64,000 bases of DNA from an uncultured delta proteobacterium (GCA_963804955.1 CAWDSQ010000020.1:32001-96000), one strand, 5' to 3'. Positions 34,945 to 46,370 are shown, numbered from the stretch's first letter. Notes: a model not told the origin generated them from the sequence alone. Numbers and translations are program-made.

Positions 34945-35008
34945 TTGCCCATCCCAAAGCAATTTGTTATTACTGACTCGATGAGTCATACTACACAGCC
35001 GGAAGAGT

Positions 35009-36374
35009 ATGCTTTCCGAAAAAAATCCCGTTAAAAATCAATTCTTTTACCCCTGGGAGCAAAAGCTCGAGCGGTTGATCACTCCGTTTGAGGAGTTCAT
35101 TCACCGGCAGACAACAAGCGGCATTATGCTCATGGCCGTGTCGGTGCTTGCGCTGGCTGTTGAAAACTCGCCGCTCAGGGAAGGCTATGAGCATCTTATT
35201 CATATGCCTCTGTCCATCACCCTCGGGAGCTGGTCGCTCGAGCGATCACTTGTGCACTGGATAAACGAAGGGCTCATGGCCTTTTTTTTCTTTGTCGTCG
35301 GCCTTGAAATAAAACGCGAGGTGCTTGTCGGCGAGCTGTCCGCGCCACGCCAGGCGGCGCTGCCCATTATAGCCGCCATAGGCGGTATGGTTGTGCCCGC
35401 TCTTATCTATTTCCTGTTCAACCAGACTGAGCCGTGGTCGCGGGGGTGGGGCATACCCATGGCAACGGATATTGCCTTTTGCGTCGGAGCGCTGGTTTTG
35501 CTCGGCAACCGCGTCCCGCAGGCTTTGATGATTTTTCTGGTATCGCTGGCTATTGTTGACGACCTTGGCGCGGTTGTCGTCATTGCGGTCTTTTATACGG
35601 AAAAAATCAATATTCCGGCCCTGGGCATTGCCGCATGCAATTCTTTTTGTGCTGATCACCTTCAACCGGAGCGGCGTTCGCAAAAGCCTCCCGTATCTGG
35701 TTGCAGGCATCTGTCTGTGGTTTGCCCTTTTTTACTCCGGCATCCATTCTACCATAGCAGGTGTGCTGGTTGCTTTCTGCATTCCTTCAAAGGCACGGTA
35801 TAAAACATTCCTTTTTGCAGACCGCGTCAAGACTCTTGTCCGGAGATTCGAGGCATGCAGCCGTCCCCGAGAGAGCATTCTGACAAACATTGAGCAGCAT
35901 ACCGTCCTTCGCGGGCTCAATCAGGAAATAGACCTTGCGGAGGCTCCCCTGCAGCGCATGGAGGATGCTCTGCACCTGCCTGTGGCCCTGTGCGTCATTC
36001 CCCTTTTTGCTTTTGCAAATGCAGGCATCAGAATTGACATGAGTTCCCTTGCAAGCGTCCTGTCCAGCCCGATATCCCTTGGGGTGATGTGCGGTCTTGT
36101 GCTCGGGAAATTTATAGGCATAACCGGCTCGGCATGGCTTGCGCTGCGGCTGGGGATAGGTTCTCTGTCGCAGGGAATAAACCTGCAACACCTGGCCGGC
36201 GTAGGCCTGCTGGGAGGGATCGGGTTTACGATGTCGATTTTTGTAGCCGAACTTTCCTTTCCCGGAAACCCCGAAGGGCTGCACATGGCAAAATCAGGGA
36301 TTCTGCTTGCATCCCTGCTTGCCGGGGTTCTTGGCTTCTTCTGGCTGGGATTTTTCGCAAAAAAAACAGCATAA
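35009..36374 (+). CDS. nhaA: Na+/H+ antiporter NhaA (frameshift near 35640)
   Basis: WINEGLMAFFFFVVGLEIKRE, GWGIPMATDIAF, LAIVDDLGAV, PLFAFANAG, GIGFTMSIF. Confidence 0.95.
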
Positions 36375-36532
36375 GGCGGAGCAGGATTTAATCCGTTTGA
36401 GCTGAAAGAGCAAAGCTGCTCTTTCTGCCCGGCACAGCCGCTACCAACTTGTAACAAATCGAGTCACAGCACAGTATACAGGGTATGTATGCAGTTTTCT
36501 CCGATAAACTTTTTACCCTGCCGATTTCTTTC

Positions 36533-37339
36533 TCACCAGCACCAGTCAGTGCCGCCGTCGACGCTCAGGTTCTGGGCAGTTATATAGGAGGCTTCATCGG
36601 ATGCCAGAAAAGCAATCGCCGATGCCACCTCTTCGGGCTCGCCCTTGCGAGGGATGAGCAACTGCCCGTTTTTGACCGACTCCTCTATGATCCAGTCGAT
36701 AAACGTATCGCGCTCGGCCATCATGGCATCCTCAATCTTGTGCCAGATTTCCGTGGCTACAACGCCGGGCGACACGCAGTTGACCCGTATGCCCATGGGC
36801 GCAAAGCACTTGGCAAGGTTCTTGGTGAACATGACAACCGCGGCCTTGGAAGCCGGATACGCGCCGGTTTCTGTTTTTATGCCCCGGGCCATGGCCGAGG
36901 AAACCGTGACGATGGAGCCGCGGATGCCGTTTTCTATCATGTTATTGGCGCAGGCGCGGCAGAATAAAAGCGAGCCGCGCGCGTTCACATTCATGACGCG
37001 GTCCCACTCATCCACGGTGAGATCAAAGGCCGAGGGCTGCTTCTCGTTTATGCCGGCATTTGACACGGCGACATGAATCGGGCCGTAGGTCGCAACGGCC
37101 TGCTTCACCAGCGCGTCAATTGATTCGGGGATGGCCACGTCGCAGGAAATATAGCAGGCCGTGCCGCCCTTTTCCATTATTTCGGCTGCGACCTTTTCGC
37201 CGTTTTCCCTGTTGCGGTTTGCAATGACAACTTTTGCACCTTCATCGGCAAAACGGTGCGCTGTGCCCCGGCCTATGCCTGTGCCGCCGCCGGTGATTAT
37301 GACATGTTTGCCGGTAAATCTTTGTGCGCTTCTATTCAT
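36533..37339 (-). CDS. Short-chain dehydrogenase/reductase (SDR)
   Basis: TGGGTGIG, SNAG, YPASK, IRVNCVSPG, ends DGGTDWCW. Confidence 0.93.
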   Translation of the reverse strand: MNRSAQRFTGKHVIITGGGTGIGRGTAHRFADEGAKVVIANRNRENGEKVAAEIMEKGGTACYISCDVAIPESIDALVKQAVATYGPIHVAVSNAGINEKQPSAFDLTVDEWDRVMNVNARGSLLFCRACANNMIENGIRGSIVTVSSAMARGIKTETGAYPASKAAVVMFTKNLAKCFAPMGIRVNCVSPGVVATEIWHKIEDAMMAERDTFIDWIIEESVKNGQLLIPRKGEPEEVASAIAFLASDEASYITAQNLSVDGGTDWCW

Positions 37340-37365
37340 GAGATGCTCCTTTATGATTTTTAATT

Positions 37366-38588
37366 TTATAATCCAGCCGCATCATACACCAGATCGATAA
37401 TATCGTATACCGGCATCGGGTTGTCCATCCCCTGAGCCGCTGCTGCGAGATTTGTTTCGCAGAACGGGCAGGCAGATGCAAGGGCCTGAGCTCCCGCACT
37501 CCGTGCAGCATCAAGGGCCTCCCGGCCCATATCGGCTGCCAATGCGCCGGCTTCAAACAGGCGCATGCCGCCGCCGGCGCCGCAGCAGATGGTGTTCTCC
37601 CTGGTTGCCGGCCGCTCGACAAGCGTTATGCCGGGTATGGCTTTTAGTATATCCCGTGGCGGGTTAAAAACGCCCAGATGCCGTCCCAGGTGGCAGGGAT
37701 CATGATAGGCCACAGTCATATGCTGCTCTTTGGTGAAGGCAATCTTTTTATCCTTTACAAGCCGTGCCAGATATTCAACCAGATGATACACTTTCGGCGC
37801 AAGTTTTTCATCGGTCTTTGCATACTCAGTTTTCAGCATAGTGCAGCATCCGGCGCAGAGCGTGACTATTGCTGTGCAGCCAAGGCCATTAAGCAGATTA
37901 ATATTGTTTTTAATCATGTCTGCAGCAAGATCCGTGTCGCCGATACGCTTCTGCACACTGCCGCAGCAGGGTTCCGCAGCCACCCAGTATACCGAAGTCG
38001 ACGCCTGCCGCCTTGCAGCACGGCAGCAGCTTTTTTCGCCCGCTCAGCGAGCTCCGGATTGAGGCTCATGGTGCAGCCGACAAAAAGCAGAACATCCGAC
38101 TTATCTTTCTGCGCATCTTTGAGCTTGAGTCCCTTTGCCCATTTGCCCCGAGCCGAACGCGGCATGCCCCAGGGATTGCCGTACTGGCGGGTTTGCTCAA
38201 GCACGCGGCGATAGGCCTCATCCACAAGATCGGGACATTCCCGCAGCAGGTCAGCCCGCAGTGCCTCGACCACGGCCGTATTGTCGACAAGGGGCTTGCC
38301 CGTGTCCTGATCAGTGGCGCCGCACTGGGTCATGCAGTTGCCGCAGAGGGTGCAGCTGTAGGCAGCCCGGGCCAGACCCTCAGTGGGCTGGAGGCTTCCT
38401 TCAAGCAGGGCCTGCGCCAGCATGATTTTGCCGCGGGAGGAAAAATTTTCAAATCCCGGGGTAGCCTTTTTCACGGGGCAGACATAGGGAACTTTGCCGG
38501 TAACCTTGTACCTGCATACGCCGCAGGTGCGGCAGCTGTATATATACCTGCGAACACGGTCAAGCTCACGGAATGTATTCTCAGCCAT
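37366..38588 (-). CDS. 4Fe-4S / CCG-domain oxidoreductase subunit (GlcF/GlpC/HdrD-like; frameshifted)
   Basis: CRTCGVC, CTLCGNCMTQC, CCG, CAGC, YHDPCHLGR, CCGAGGG, ACPFC. Confidence 0.9.
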
Positions 38589-40054
38589 TGCTGTCCTCCT
38601 TTTCGTTTAAATAACTGCCTGTCCACTGGCCGGGATTGAGAATGCCATGAGGGTCAACAACTCCTTTGACAGCCTCAAACAGGCTCTTGAAGCCGGGGGA
38701 CCAGCACGAAGCGTTCAGGTCTGACATAAATCCCTGATTGTAGACATCAATTGATCCAAGGCTGTGGGCGTATTTCTGAAAATCAGCCATTAACGTGCGG
38801 GCAAAGGCGATGGCAGCCGGATTGTCAACATCGGCAAAGAAAACGTCGATTTCACCGACGATGGTGCTTGGGTCAGAAGCGGTGAAAAACTCCCAGGTTG
38901 TGCGCACGCGAAGGCCCAGTTTTTCTGCTTCTTTCAGCCTTTCATTGCGCCAGGCGATCAGCTTGTTATATACTTCCGCAAAGCCCTGCCGCGGCAGGTT
39001 GAAGGGCAGCCATGCCGGAACGCCGAAGCTGTTGAAAATGGCCATCCAGTCCATTTCGCTGTCCTCGCCCGTCGGCGTTCCCATGGCTTCAGCCATGGCG
39101 TCGAGCATGAAGTTGCGCTGCGCCCCGCACTGATCGGCAAGGCTGTTGATGGTGGCAAGCCGTGCTTCAACCTCGGCCTCCTCGTGGCCCTGTATCATAG
39201 CCTGCACGGTAAAGGGCGCTACCTCGTCGGTATCACCCATAAAATTTTTCATTGCCCCGGCGCCGAAAACAAGCACCGGGATCAAAGCGAAGCACAGGGC
39301 GGCGTTCAACGTGGAGCCGCACGAGCTCAAGCGCAGGCTCGATTGCATCAAAAGCGAAAATGCCAGCCCGCAGCTTGGCCGGGTGCTTCGTCATGCGGAT
39401 GGTTGCCTGGGTTTTGATGCCGAAGGAGCCGCCATCGCCGATGAACATTCCGGCAAAATCCGGTCCGCCCAGATTACGGTTGTAGGCAAGGGTCTGGTGC
39501 ACATTGGTGCCGGGCCCGCCGCCGGTTTGCACAATGGTGCCATCGGCAAGCACCACGGTGATGCTCACGATATCGGTCCAGAGACCCGCTGCGCCTGCAA
39601 CGCCTGATATCCATCCGCCAAGTGATACCATATGCAAAGGCGCAAAAGGCGACCACATATAAAAACCATTCTTTTTGCAGGCATGCACCATTTTGCCTAA
39701 GATAATGCCTGCTTCGGCCGTGACGGTCATGCTCTGTGCATTAACATCGAGAACCCGGTCCATGCGCGTCATGTCCAGCAGCACGGTACGGTCCGGGTCG
39801 CCCTTGGGCTGGCCGTAAATAGTAGCCCCGCCGCCGCGGGTCACGATGGGCACGCGGTGCCGATTGCACAGGGCTGCAATGCGCGACACCTCAGCGGTTG
39901 AGCCCGGCCGCACAACCAGCGCGGATTCTGTTCCGCCGAAAAGGCTTGCATCGCGGGTATAGGTGAATCGCGTCACCGGGTCGTCGGTCACGTACTGCTC
40001 GCCGACGATTTCATTCAATTGTTTTTTGAACTCACCAGATAAGGCTTCCGTCAT
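38581..40054 (-). CDS. FAD-binding oxidoreductase (GlcD/PCMH-type; frameshifted)
   Basis: VVRPGSTAEVSRI, VTRGGGA, LDMTRMDRV, VVLADGT, GDGGSFGIKT, C-terminal DPHGILNPG. Confidence 0.88.
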
Positions 40055-40073
40055 GACGTCTGTCCTTTCACGG

Positions 40074-40699
40074 TTATTTGATAACAAATTTGTCGATTAA
40101 AGCTTTGATGCCAAGGCGCACATCCTCTTCGGTATAGCCCATGACGCGCCTGCCATGGCTTTCAAGTATCAGGCCCTGGTACAGCATCTGGCTTGAACCG
40201 CCGATGATCTGCCGTATGACCTGAGGCTTAAGCGCTGACTCGATAAGACCCTGTCGCTGCCCGTCGGCAATAAGGTCGTCGAGGGTCAGCTGCAGCTGGC
40301 CGGGCGCCTCCAATAATCAGCGCATATTTTTTTTGCAGATTTTCATCCTTCATCTTTCTCAGTATCGGGCAGAACTTCTTTGAGGATATGCCCCCAGTAG
40401 AGATTCTTGTTGCTTTGTGACATAAGCTCCATGAGGGCTGCAAATACGGCATGGAGCCGCTCAACCGGTGTTGAGCACCGGGCGAGCTTTTGATTGATCA
40501 GATCATTGACGCTTTCAATAAAGAAAAGAATGACATCCAGCAGTATGTCGAGCTTGTTTTCAAAACAGACATGCACAAGGCCTTTCGAGACGCCTGCCTC
40601 TTTCGCGATTTCGGCGATGGTGGTGTACTGGTAGCCTTTACAGGCGAAAATTTTCATCGCCGCGTTGAGGATTCGCGTCTTTTTATCCTGTTCGGTCAA
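40074..40699 (-). CDS. TetR-family transcriptional regulator (frameshifted)
   Basis: ILNAAMKIFACKGY..TTIAEIAKEAGVSKG; TTG start with GAGGAG RBS. Confidence 0.88.
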
Positions 40700-40717
40700 T
40701 CGATATACTCCTCTGCC

Positions 40718-41992
40718 TTACAGCATATCGCTCAGGCTTGTTTTGGTGCGGCTGTTTATTTTTTCATGCAGTTCAGGCCGCTCAGACCGGATCAGCTGCT
40801 CATGTTTAAGAATAGCATTCCACATGAGCCGCGGAGATTTGTACTGGTTGTAGGTGCCTTCAAGAATCTCATCTTCTATGAGTCCGAACAGATAGTCAAG
40901 CTCTTCATCGGTGTAGGTGGGCACCAGGGCGAATCCCTGCGCAACCTGCAGGTAGTCATCTCCATTAAACTCGAAGGACTTCTGCCACCATGCAGTGTAC
41001 TGGCTAAATCCGCCCCGTCCCTCAAGCTCATCGGCAACAGCGCCTGCTGCACGAAAGCCGCAGGCAAGGGCGCCCTGCATCTCGACTTCGACATAGGCTG
41101 CTGCATCGCCGATCACGAGAACATTGCCTGCATGCGGCACTTTCAGGGATGAGTAGGCCCGTGCAGCGCAGCCGGTTTTTTTTATAACCCGTGCATTCCG
41201 AAGCGACGGGGAAAGAGCGCCTTTATGTGCGATATCCTGAAACATTTTTTCCGGCGGGCTGTTTTTGTTGCCGATAACGACCAGGCAGGCGGTGTCGGCA
41301 TCATCAAGGGCCGTGTTGAGCGTAAGCGGTGCAAGACCGCAGTAGGTACGACCGAAATACGTCTTCAGGGCGCTGGGTTCAAAACCGGCAACGCCTTTCA
41401 GAAAATAGATGACGCACAGAGCAGAAGCAAAGCATTGGCGATTGCTGTTTATTCCCATGCGCTCAGCAATCCGGGAATTGACGCCGTCGGCAATAATAAG
41501 CTTGCGGGCATTGATCACGTTTTGTTCCCCTGCGCTGGTTATGAAAAGCGCAACCATATCACCGCGGTCAACAGCGCCGGTTACATGCGTGCCGGACCGC
41601 AATTCAGCACCCGAAGCAGCAGCTGCATCCCACAGGTTCCGGAGCATGAGTCCCTTGTCGATTTTGATTACAATGGGGCTTTTGTCCGGATAGGCAAAAT
41701 GAATGGTCCTGCCGGCAGGGGAGATGAAATACTTATCGGTGACATCGACAGTCGGGCCTCCGTAGTCGACACAGAAGCCGTTGTTGAGTGATACAATTTT
41801 GCCAGCTTTAAGTCGGACCGTGTCGCCCTGAAAGTCTTTGTCCATAATGAGCTGTTCGCAGCAGGCACGGGTGATGAGCGATACATCCTGTCGCTTTTCA
41901 AGCAACACTGTTTTCAATCCCAGTTCAGCGGCGGTTTTTGCCGCCATCAGCCCCGCAGGGCCCGCTCCGATTATTGCAATGTCATACACCAT
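40718..41992 (-). CDS. Geranylgeranyl-reductase/FixC-family FAD-dependent oxidoreductase (copy 1)
   Basis: YDIAIIGAGPAG, IIADGVNS, NVLVIGDAA; AAGGAG RBS before ATG 41992. Confidence 0.82.
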   Translation of the reverse strand: MVYDIAIIGAGPAGLMAAKTAAELGLKTVLLEKRQDVSLITRACCEQLIMDKDFQGDTVRLKAGKIVSLNNGFCVDYGGPTVDVTDKYFISPAGRTIHFAYPDKSPIVIKIDKGLMLRNLWDAAAASGAELRSGTHVTGAVDRGDMVALFITSAGEQNVINARKLIIADGVNSRIAERMGINSNRQCFASALCVIYFLKGVAGFEPSALKTYFGRTYCGLAPLTLNTALDDADTACLVVIGNKNSPPEKMFQDIAHKGALSPSLRNARVIKKTGCAARAYSSLKVPHAGNVLVIGDAAAYVEVEMQGALACGFRAAGAVADELEGRGGFSQYTAWWQKSFEFNGDDYLQVAQGFALVPTYTDEELDYLFGLIEDEILEGTYNQYKSPRLMWNAILKHEQLIRSERPELHEKINSRTKTSLSDML

Positions 41993-42014
41993 GGCAGTCT
42001 CCTTATTGAATATG

Positions 42015-42401
42015 TCATGCACCTGATGGAAGCAGAGGGAATTTATACATACCGAACAGAAAGGCTATATGGTCGATGAACCAGGCGACCTGAGTTACCG
42101 TAATAATGCTGTGATAGGCTGCTATACGGCGGGCTCTGCGCAGCAGGAGGGCTGCAGGAAACAGCAGCCACACGACAAAGCCGATCACGATGGCAAAAAC
42201 AATCACGCTGTTTGTTCCCGGCAGGTTCATCTTTAGGGCCGTGACTCCCATCATCGGCAGCATGCTCTACCAGGAAATCAAGCAGCACTGCCCAACTCAT
42301 TATTAGCACAGAAAAATGGCTGCCATTGTCGCGATACGACCAAGCCGCTCCGTGATAAAGAAGCAATAGGCAACCGTGTACAGTGTTTCACTGAGCGTCA
42401 T
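42015..42401 (-). CDS. Small polytopic membrane protein (frameshifted)
   Basis: Joined fragments give about four hydrophobic segments; same strand as and abutting the downstream reductase. Confidence 0.55.
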
Positions 42402-42578
42402 TTTAGGTTTCCCTTCTACTAGTGCACAATAAAATTGAATTTGGCTTCAAAGCCAATATGTATTCTGCTACGTACACGATTTCTTTTCTGCTGTCAAGTT
42501 TGCAGGAGATTTCGCACGTTGATATTTACAGAAGTTGAAAATTTCCGATTGACAAGACAAATTCAATAGTCTAATTAA

Positions 42579-42596
42579 TAGTTGTAAGTTCAACTA
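42579..42596. promoter_or_regulatory. Putative MarR operator; second site at 43165-43182
   Basis: TAGTTG-N6-CAACTA just downstream of TTGACA (42549-42554); TAGTTG-N6-CAACTG upstream of the SDR gene. Confidence 0.7.
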
Positions 42597-42697
42597 ATTT
42601 TGATTTTTATATTGGACTTTGTCTGATGGCTTACATTTCTGTTATTTTCTAGAATACCAATAATAACTACAAAAGAATTAGCCTGGCTATCTGATCC

Positions 42698-43198
42698 ATG
42701 GACTATACAGCAGAATTTAATCCCAATGATTCATTATCTTATCTCCTGGACAAGACAGCAAGAGCCCAGTTCTGCCGCTTGCAGAATGTTTTTACAAAAG
42801 CCAATTACGATATAACGGTTGAACAGTGGATGATTCTGCTGCTGCTTTGGAAAGAAAACGGCCAGTTTCAGCAGCAGCTTGCTGATGGTATGTGTAAAGA
42901 TAAAACAACATTGACGCGGCAAATAGACGGACTTGAGAAGCGCAACATTATTGTGCGTGTACCTGACAAAATAGATCGAAGACAAAAACGTATTTATCTA
43001 ACCACGAAAGGTAAAGATTTGGAACAGGAACTGATACCGCTGGGCATTGCAAACGGACTATGCGCAATAAAAGATATTCCCCCTGAGCATATTCAGATTT
43101 GCAAGGATGTACTGCGTAAAGTTTATGAAAATCTTATAAACAGGTTAATATTATATTGCATAATTAGTTGCATAGCCAACTGTGTGCGGCGCAACTAA
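42698..43198 (+). CDS. MarR-family transcriptional regulator
   Basis: ITVEQWMIL, QQQLA...DKTTLTRQIDGLEKR, DRRQKRIYLTTKG. Confidence 0.93.
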   Translation: MDYTAEFNPNDSLSYLLDKTARAQFCRLQNVFTKANYDITVEQWMILLLLWKENGQFQQQLADGMCKDKTTLTRQIDGLEKRNIIVRVPDKIDRRQKRIYLTTKGKDLEQELIPLGIANGLCAIKDIPPEHIQICKDVLRKVYENLINRLILYCIISCIANCVRRN

Positions 43199-43213
43199 TA
43201 TAAGGAGATACAA

Positions 43214-44019
43214 ATGGAACAAAGCGCAAAAAGATTTATAAATAAGCATATTATTATTACAGGTGCGGCAGCCGGCATCGGCAAAGGTGTTGCTCACCGA
43301 TTTGCTGACGAAGGGGGCAGGGTGGTTATTGCCGACAGGAACCGGGAATGCGGTGAGGCAGTTGCGAAACAAATTACTGAATCCGGTGGAACCGCTGTCT
43401 ATATTCCTGTTGATGTGGCTGATCCGGATTCAATAAATGAACTCATAAAAAAAGCAGCTGACGTTTTTGGGCCGATAGATGTCGCTGTGTCAAACGCGGG
43501 TATCAGCGAAACGCAGTCTTCAGCCCTTGATATTACCGTTGAGGAGTGGGACCGCGTGTATGACATAAATACCAGGGGGTCATTTTTTTTCTGCAAAGCA
43601 TGCGCTCAGAATATGATGGATAATGATATCAAGGGATCAATCGTGACCCTGGGATCAATTGTAGCGCGCAGCGCGAAAGGCATGTCGGGGGCGTACGCTT
43701 CTTCAAAAGCTGCAATCATCATGTTTACTAAAACACTTGCAAAATGCCTTGCGCCCATGGGCATACGGGTAAATTGTGTTGCGCCGGGGATTGTTGCAAC
43801 CGAAATATATAACGGTGTCGAAAAAGAGATGATGATGGAAAAAGATTCTTTTGCCGACTGGCTGGTAGAGCAGTCGATTGCAAGCGGCCAGCTGCTTATA
43901 CCCCGTTGCGGTACGGCAGGTGATATCGCCTGGCCATTGCCTTTCTGGCATCCGATGATGCAGCCTATATTACCGCTCAAAACTTAAGCGTTGATGGCGG
44001 CATAGACTGGTGTTGGTAA
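43214..44019 (+). CDS. SDR oxidoreductase, paralogue of 36533-37339 (frameshift near 43930)
   Basis: TGAAAGIG, SNAG, YASSK; the shifted frame ends ITAQNLSVDGGIDWCW*. Confidence 0.92.
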
Positions 44020-44050
44020 TACTGTCACGTAATTTATTACGGAGAGTATC

Positions 44051-44530
44051 ATGACGAAAGCTTTTGGAAAAGAGATCCCCTGGGAAAAACAGCGGGATAT
44101 GCTGATTGAAATGACCGCGCTGAAATTACCGATGCTTTTTCAATCTCTTGTTTCCGCGTACGGAGCAGATGAAGGAAAAAGGATATATGAAAAAATCTAT
44201 GAGGAAGGTTTCAAGCAACGCTCAAGCCGCTTCAAGGATAAAGATATTGGCGATATCCTGATGGCCGAAATAGACATGTTCCCGGCAATGGGCTGGAAGC
44301 TGTGGGTTGAAAAGGTGGAAGAAAAGGGATCTGTTGCCTGGTATGAGCATCTGGAAAAATGCCCGCATCTTGAGGCGACGAGAAAGTATAAATTGCCTGA
44401 CCCCTGTTCTCTTATCTGCGACATGGATTGCACCTTAGGCGAGAAATATAAAGTCGCACACTGGGAAAGGATGAAACACATGCCGGCAGGTGACAGCGAA
44501 TGCTGCTTCAGGATTACCCGGTGCCCATAA
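44051..44530 (+). CDS. ATC-hydrolase-like (L-2-amino-thiazoline-4-carboxylate hydrolase family / V4R-like) protein
   Basis: KCPHLE...CSLICDMD...WER...GDSECCFRI cysteine pattern. Confidence 0.7.
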   Translation: MTKAFGKEIPWEKQRDMLIEMTALKLPMLFQSLVSAYGADEGKRIYEKIYEEGFKQRSSRFKDKDIGDILMAEIDMFPAMGWKLWVEKVEEKGSVAWYEHLEKCPHLEATRKYKLPDPCSLICDMDCTLGEKYKVAHWERMKHMPAGDSECCFRITRCP

Positions 44531-44597
44531 AATGTGTTTGCAGTTGCTGCTCATTGCTAGAGCAATCTGAATTAATAAATTTATATATCAGGAGGCG

Positions 44598-45587
44598 ATG
44601 TTACACATGACTAATGAAAATGCAGCATCAATTTTTAAGGTGGATGAAGATCTTTGCATTGGCTGCGGGATTTGTATTGATGCCTGTCCCATGAAGATTC
44701 TGGAGATTCAGGACGGGCTGTGCATTATGACGGACCCGGAAAAATGCCTTGAGTGCGGAACCTGCGAGCGTGCATGTCCTGAAAAAGCCATTACCATTAA
44801 AGTTGGCGCCGGCGCCAAAGCGAAAGCAACGTTAAAAACGGGCACAGCGGGAGCCACGGAAAGCGCGCGGGCCAAGTTCTACCCCATCCTTGATAAACTG
44901 ACGGAAATGATACAGGTGGTCAGCCCGAAGCAGATATTCACCTTCGAGGGGCAGGATATCACGAGCCTCAATAATTTCGAAATCGATAACGAGCCCTCCT
45001 ATTACCGGGCCTATACGGCGGACAAAATCGATAAGCTGGGCATATCAAGCTCGCTTTTCTTCGGGATTATGACCGCGGATGTGATGGTCCTGACGCCGTC
45101 CAAAGAATATGATATCCCCTATTTTGTAATGGACTGGGATGAGTCAGAAGAGCATATATTCTTTATCTGCGATCTTATGCCCGGCGATGATCCGGGAAGG
45201 AATAACGACTATCTGAACAAATATCTGTATGAGCCACTCGAAGAACTGTACATGAACTACACCATGTCCATACCCGGTCTGAAAAACAGCGTGTTCCACT
45301 GGGTGCGGTCCATCCATTCCCCCTATATCATCACCGGCTCCATAGAAAAAACCAAAGAGAACATTGAAATGCTTGCCAACTGCGCCTGTGATTACCTGAA
45401 GGCCTGGATCGAAATATGGAAAAAGGCAGAGCCGCAGGACCCCAATTCTCCGTACATGAAACTCGTGCATGAGCGGAGAAAAAACATCCGGGCAATATAC
45501 AAAGAAAACGACCCCGGCGCCGGATCGCTGAACAAATACCTGGGCAAGGAGCTGGGGGCGACGGCCATTTCCATCATCGAGCCCTGA
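44598..45587 (+). CDS. 2x[4Fe-4S] ferredoxin fused to a ferredoxin-dependent bilin reductase / RCC-reductase-like domain
   Basis: CIGCGICIDACP and CLECGTCERACP, Ala/Thr/Lys linker, then VMVLTPSKEYDIPYFVMDW...HIFFICDLMP, IHSPY, ENDPGAGSLNKYLGKE. Ferredoxin part is clear; FDBR call is by motif recognition only. Confidence 0.72.
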   Translation: MLHMTNENAASIFKVDEDLCIGCGICIDACPMKILEIQDGLCIMTDPEKCLECGTCERACPEKAITIKVGAGAKAKATLKTGTAGATESARAKFYPILDKLTEMIQVVSPKQIFTFEGQDITSLNNFEIDNEPSYYRAYTADKIDKLGISSSLFFGIMTADVMVLTPSKEYDIPYFVMDWDESEEHIFFICDLMPGDDPGRNNDYLNKYLYEPLEELYMNYTMSIPGLKNSVFHWVRSIHSPYIITGSIEKTKENIEMLANCACDYLKAWIEIWKKAEPQDPNSPYMKLVHERRKNIRAIYKENDPGAGSLNKYLGKELGATAISIIEP

Positions 45588-45657
45588 TGTGGGCGCAACC
45601 GGGTTGTGCAGCATCATGATCAATGAAGGTTAAACAATTTAGATAAGGAGAACAGCC

Positions 45658-46370
45658 ATGGCAGAAATACTACAGTTTGCAGCAGAGGCAAAAAAAAGTC
45701 TTGAAGCGCTGCTGCCCCTGCAGCCCGTTGCTCTTGATCCACAGCTGCAGCATATAAAAACCGAGGGTGGCTCTGTCGATATCGAGCTTTTCAAGGCCGA
45801 CAAGTTTGAAAAAATTGTTCTGTGCACGATAAACATCTTCGAAACCGAAGTGGTTGAGGCCACCGTTATGGCATGGCCCGATGAAAAGCACAATTTCCCC
45901 ATTCTCTGGGGCAATCTGACCATAGTCCCCTATGTCATGAACGTTCCTATCTTTGATTTCGTTCCCCTGATGGACCCGGTTCTCTATCAGGACTATGCAG
46001 ATACCTACATTGAAGGAGTCAACGAGCTGAAAGCAGACGCCCTTGAGCGTGCTCGGGGATACGGTCACTCAATAAAGACGTAGTGCTGCCGTCAAAAACC
46101 ATCTATACCCTGTCGCCGTACAGCCTTATTGCAAATATTAAGGAAGAGGGAATTCCTCTCGTCCCGCAGATCACGGATGCCTATATTAAGGCGTATATAA
46201 AGCTCTGGCAAAAGGCCGGGCCCGTGGAAAAGGCCGCTGATCTTGAGCATTACGCAAAAAAGCGGGCTGCAACACGCACTCTTATGAAGGGCAATGACCC
46301 CGGCTACCCATTTATGATCGATGCTTTCGGGGAGGAAAAAACGCATAAGGTTTTTGATATTATTTTTTAG
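45658..46370 (+). CDS. Second bilin reductase / RCC-reductase-fold protein (frameshift near 46050-46083)
   Basis: ADKFEKI, VMAWPDEKHNFPILWGNL...IFDFVPLMDPVLYQDY, LSPY, GNDPGYPFMIDAFGEEKTHKVFDIIF; visibly related to the upstream gene. Confidence 0.68.
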
